Source: Mobula birostris (taxonomy: Eukaryota). Taken from it: a stretch of DNA of 64,000 bases. How positions within the stretch are numbered: the first letter of the stretch is position 1; every line of letters starts with the position of its first letter. Made by a program: the position numbers and the translations under genes. Below are positions 60,168 to 64,000 of this stretch, one piece after another. The stretch is from assembly GCF_030028105.1 (NCBI RefSeq), contig NC_092383.1:87005921-87069920 (forward strand). Reading direction: 5' to 3'. A model generated the notes under the pieces. That model did not search any database. It saw only the letters and a program-made list of their open reading frames with translations, and was not told the DNA's origin.

Positions 60168-62990
60168 TGGGCATCACAGTAGTGTAGCAGTTAGTGTGAC
60201 ATTATTACACCTCTGAGCATTTTGGAGTTATACTTTATACTCTATAGTCGCCAAGCAATTGATACTAGAATGTATAAGCATCATAGCGATATTTGATTCT
60301 GCGCTTCCTGCTCCCTGGATTACAAATTGATAGTAAATATTAAAAATTTAAATTATAAATCATAAACAGAAAATAGAAGAATGGAAGTAAGGTAGTGCAA
60401 AAAAACCCGAGAGGGAGGTCCAGATATTTGGAGGGTATGGCCCAGATTCGGGTCAGGATCCGTTCAGCAGTCTTATCACAGTTGGAAAGAAGCTGTTCCC
60501 ACAGCTGGCCGTACGAGTCTTCAAGCTCCTGAGCCTTCTCCCGGAGGGAAGAGGGATGAAAAGTGTGTTGGTTGGGTGGGTCGTGTCCTTGATTATCCTG
60601 GCAGCACTGCTCCAACAGCGTGCGGTGTAAAGTGAGTCTAAGGATGGAAGATTGGTTTGTGTGATGTGCTGCGCCGTGTTCACGATCTTCTGCAGCTTCT
60701 TCCAGTCTTGGACAGGACAACTTCCATATCAGGTTGTGATACACCCTAGAAGAATGCTTTCTACAGTGCATCTATAAAAATTAGTGAGGGTTTTAGGGGA
60801 CAGGCCAAATTTCTTCAATTTTCTCAGGAAGTAAAGGCACTGCTGGGCCTTCTTGGCAGTGGACTTTGCTTGGTTAGACCAAGTCAGGTCATTTGTGATA
60901 TTGACCCCGAGGAACTTAAATCTTCTGACTTGTTCCACTTGCACACCACCGATGTAAATTGGGTCGTGCGGTCCGCTACTCCTGCTGAAGTCAACAACCA
61001 ATTCCTTCATCTTGCTGACGTTGAGGGAAAGGTTATTGTCTTTGCACCATGCCACCAAGTTCTTAATTTCCTCTCTGTACTCAGACTCATCATTACTCGA
61101 GATACGGCCTACAATTGTTGTGTCATCAGCAAACTTATATATTGAATTTGATGGAAACTTGGCTACACAATCATGGGTGTACAGTGAGTACAGCAGGGGG
61201 CTGAGTACACAGCATTGTGGGGCACCGGTGCTCAGAGTGATTGTAGAGGAGAGCTTGTCCCCTATTTTTACAGCCTGTCTGTGACGAAATTGAAGATCCA
61301 GCTGCAGATCTGAGTGCTAAGGCCCAGGTTCCAGAGCTTAGGAATCAGTTTATTTGGAATAATGGTATTAAAGGCAGAGCTGTAGTCAATGAAAAAGAGC
61401 CTTACGTATGCGTCTTTATTCTCCAGGTGTTCTAAGGAGGAATGTAGGGCCAGAGAGATGGCATCTGTTGCTCCGGTAGGCAAATTGCAAAGTGTCGAGG
61501 TTGACCGGTAGGCTGTGGTTGATGTGTGCCATCACCAATCGCTCGAAGCACTTCATAGCAATTGATGTCAGAGCCACAAGTCTATAGTCATTCAGGCATG
61601 CCACCTTGCTCTTCTTCAGCACTGGGATTATCGTTGCTTTCTTAAAGCACGAGGGGATCTTAGACTGAAGCAAGGAGCAGTTGAAGAAGTCAGCAAACAC
61701 TCCAGCTAGCTTGCTTGCACAGGCCCGGAGAACCCATCCTGGACGCCATCTGGGCCCATTGCCTTCCATGGATTTATCTTCAGGAAGGCCCTTCTAACAT
61801 CCTCCTCGGTGACGATGAATCTCGATGCCACCAGGTCCGGTTCATCCGGAGGGAGTGGGACGCCCCTCTTCTGTTGGAATCTTGCGTAGAATACGTTAAG
61901 TTCGTCAGGAAGCGAAGCGCCACAGTTATTGATATTCCCAGCCTTTTCTTTACGCCCAGTGATCTCATTTAGACCCTGCCATAGTCTACTGGCATCCCTC
62001 TGGTTAGCCTGGACTTCTAACTTGGCTCGATATTGCCTCTTGGCGCCCTTAATGGCTTTCCGGAGTTCACGCCTGGATTCCGTGTTGCGACTGGTATTCC
62101 CGGACCTAAAAGCTGCAGCTCTAGGCTTCAAAAGGGACTTGACCTCATAATTCATCCAAGGTTTCCGGTTAGGGAATACCCAGATCATCTTGCGAGACGC
62201 ACAGCCCTCCGTGTATTTCCAAATAAAGTCCGTGACAGCTGAGGCATACTCATCGAAGTTAGCTGCCGAGTCTTTGAATAGTAACCAGTCCACCGATTCA
62301 AAGCGGTCACGGAGGACCTCATCCATTTCCTCCGTCCAACGTAACACTACTTTTGACACCGTGACCTCCCGCTTCAGTTTCTGTTTGTAAGCCGGGAAGA
62401 GGAGTACGGCCTGATGGTCCGATTTTCTGAAGTGAGGTTGTGGGATGGAACGGTAGGCATCCTTGACTGCTGTGTACCAGTGGTCAAGTATATTCAGGCC
62501 TCCAGTGGGGCAGGAGACATGTTGGTATAACTTTGTCAGCACCTTTCTGAGGTTGGCCTGGTTAAAGTCCCCAGCTGTAGTGAGCAAAGCCTCCGGATAC
62601 CTGGTCTCAAGTTCACTGATGTTGGCATACAGTATGTTTAGAGCACACTCCACGTCCACCTGGCGGGGAATGTAGACCGCTGTCAGTATGACCAAGGTGA
62701 ATTCCCGTGGCAGATAGTAGGGACGACACTTCACCGATAGGTGTTCCTGGTCTGGGCTGCAGGAGCTTGTCAGTGCCAGTGTCCGAGCACCACGCAGATT
62801 TCGGAGTTCAATTCTGGTGTCATTCTGTAAGGACTCTCCACGTCCTCCCCATTGGATGTGTGGGTTTTTCTGGGGTGCTCCAGTTTTCTCTCACAGTATA
62901 GAGACATACCAGGTATGGTATTTGATCATTGCAAATTGTCTCATGATTAGGTTAAGGTTAATCAGGTTTGTCAGGATTAATAAGTTGACA
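60168..62990 (+). mobile_element. tRNA-derived SINE split in two (60168-60229 and 62798-about 62990)
   Basis: A-box-like gtagtgtagcagttag left of the LINE; B-box-like ggagttcaattc and V-SINE core to the right. Confidence 0.7.
60230..62797 (-). mobile_element. Rex1/Babar-type LINE (endonuclease + RT, frameshifted) inserted in a SINE
   Basis: CRPYYLPREFT...SDH endonuclease motif, GPDGV...[13 protein letters not shown] motif; 11-bp TSD with one mismatch ATTTTGGAGTT (60219-60229) / ATTTCGGAGTT (62798-62808). Confidence 0.9.
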
Positions 62991-64000
62991 TGGGTCAAAG
63001 GGCCAGTAGGGCCTACTCCACAATGATCACCAAATAAATAAATAATCTTCTGTCCCTGAAACAGACTTTGTAACCAGTGAAGAGAACTGTGCATACAATG
63101 ATCTTCTGTGTGTTATTATCAAATGGGGAAATGGAGTTGATCACTGGAAAATAAACCCCCTGCAACCTTCAACTCATTGGCTGACAGAATATAACTCATT
63201 GGCTGAATATTATAACTAATAATTCAACTGCTCTCCGTAATGTAGTTCTAGGCCTCTCTCTCCCTCCCCCAACAAACCAGACAGTTGCTTTCAGCGTAGT
63301 ATTATTCCCCAGTCACTGCTTGTTGCAAAGATCTGAACAAAAGGAGTGCATTCTTTTCCAAAGAGAAATTCCCTAAATGATCAATACCTGAGATATAGGC
63401 AGAAAAAGTGCTAGGAACACTCAGCATGTTCGTTGAGGGTAGGACATTTGGATTCTGTATGAAATTGTTGATCTCAATGTTGAATTCAAAAGGTGGTTTT
63501 AATGGTCTGTTGGATAATAAGGTGATTTTTATTTTGGGCAGTTTGTTCCTTCCGCCTGAGGGACAATCTGCCACAGAGTCCTGGAGAGATCTGTGAAATG
63601 TTCATCGGACAGTGTGAATATTGTCAGGTAATCTGTTCCACCATACTGTGAAGGAGATATATTATCTGAAAGCACACACAGACATTGCAGGAAATGCTCA
63701 GTAGATCAGACAGAATTTGTAGTAATAAAAAGAAAAATAAAATTTCAAATCCATATCCTTCATTACAATGTTCAAAGATGGAAAAACTCCGTTTTCAGTA
63801 GCACAGAAGGCAGGGTATAAAACAATACGATCCTTTCTGAATACTGTGGAGTAACCAGAGCAGAGGTTTGCTCTGTGTGGAGAATCATTATTGTGTTACA
63901 GCTGGGATTGCCGTGGACGGTAGTTCTGAGATTGTTTGGGTGCCATGGTAGCTCAAAGGGCTATATATATATAAATGAATGTTTCTATCTGTTCCTGACA

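Noticed and set aside
60168-60229. tRNA gene
   Set aside because: Only A/B-box-like remnants of a SINE head; no cloverleaf.
63040-63640. Candidate cytoplasmic exons (acceptors at about 63064 and 63541)
   Set aside because: The TM exon ends in phase 0; phase-0 readings stop within 2-5 codons, the open readings need phase 1, and no ITIM/ITAM motif is visible. A 2-residue tail (TL*) is possible but unsupported.

Overview
Vertebrate genomic DNA, by its repeat families a cartilaginous fish, probably a ray (inference). Most of the window is decayed retroelements: CR1 LINEs, Rex1/Babar-type LINEs, RTE, a HERO-type RLE element, Penelope-like elements with hammerhead motifs, tRNA-derived SINEs, solo LTRs, and Tc1 and hAT MITEs. 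The main host feature is a + strand multi-exon Ig-superfamily receptor gene of the CD300/pIgR-like (MDIR-like) type, assembled by hand from splice sites. Its exons are leader 46241-46277, IgV 48249-48569, IgC2 49552-49872, truncated IgV 53781-53990, IgC2 55840-56160, stalk 58782-58845 and transmembrane 59549-59639; all junction phases match and the joined frame is open. Cytoplasmic exons were not resolved. Two donors sit next to in-frame stops and AATAAA signals, suggesting possible GPI-like and secreted isoforms (inference). A frameshifted IgV pseudo-exon lies at 7624-7921. Between about 8 and 45 kb are five degraded tandem copies of one ancestral unit whose history can be read from shared and private TE insertions. 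All alignments were done by eye, and TE boundaries are approximate unless a TSD is quoted.
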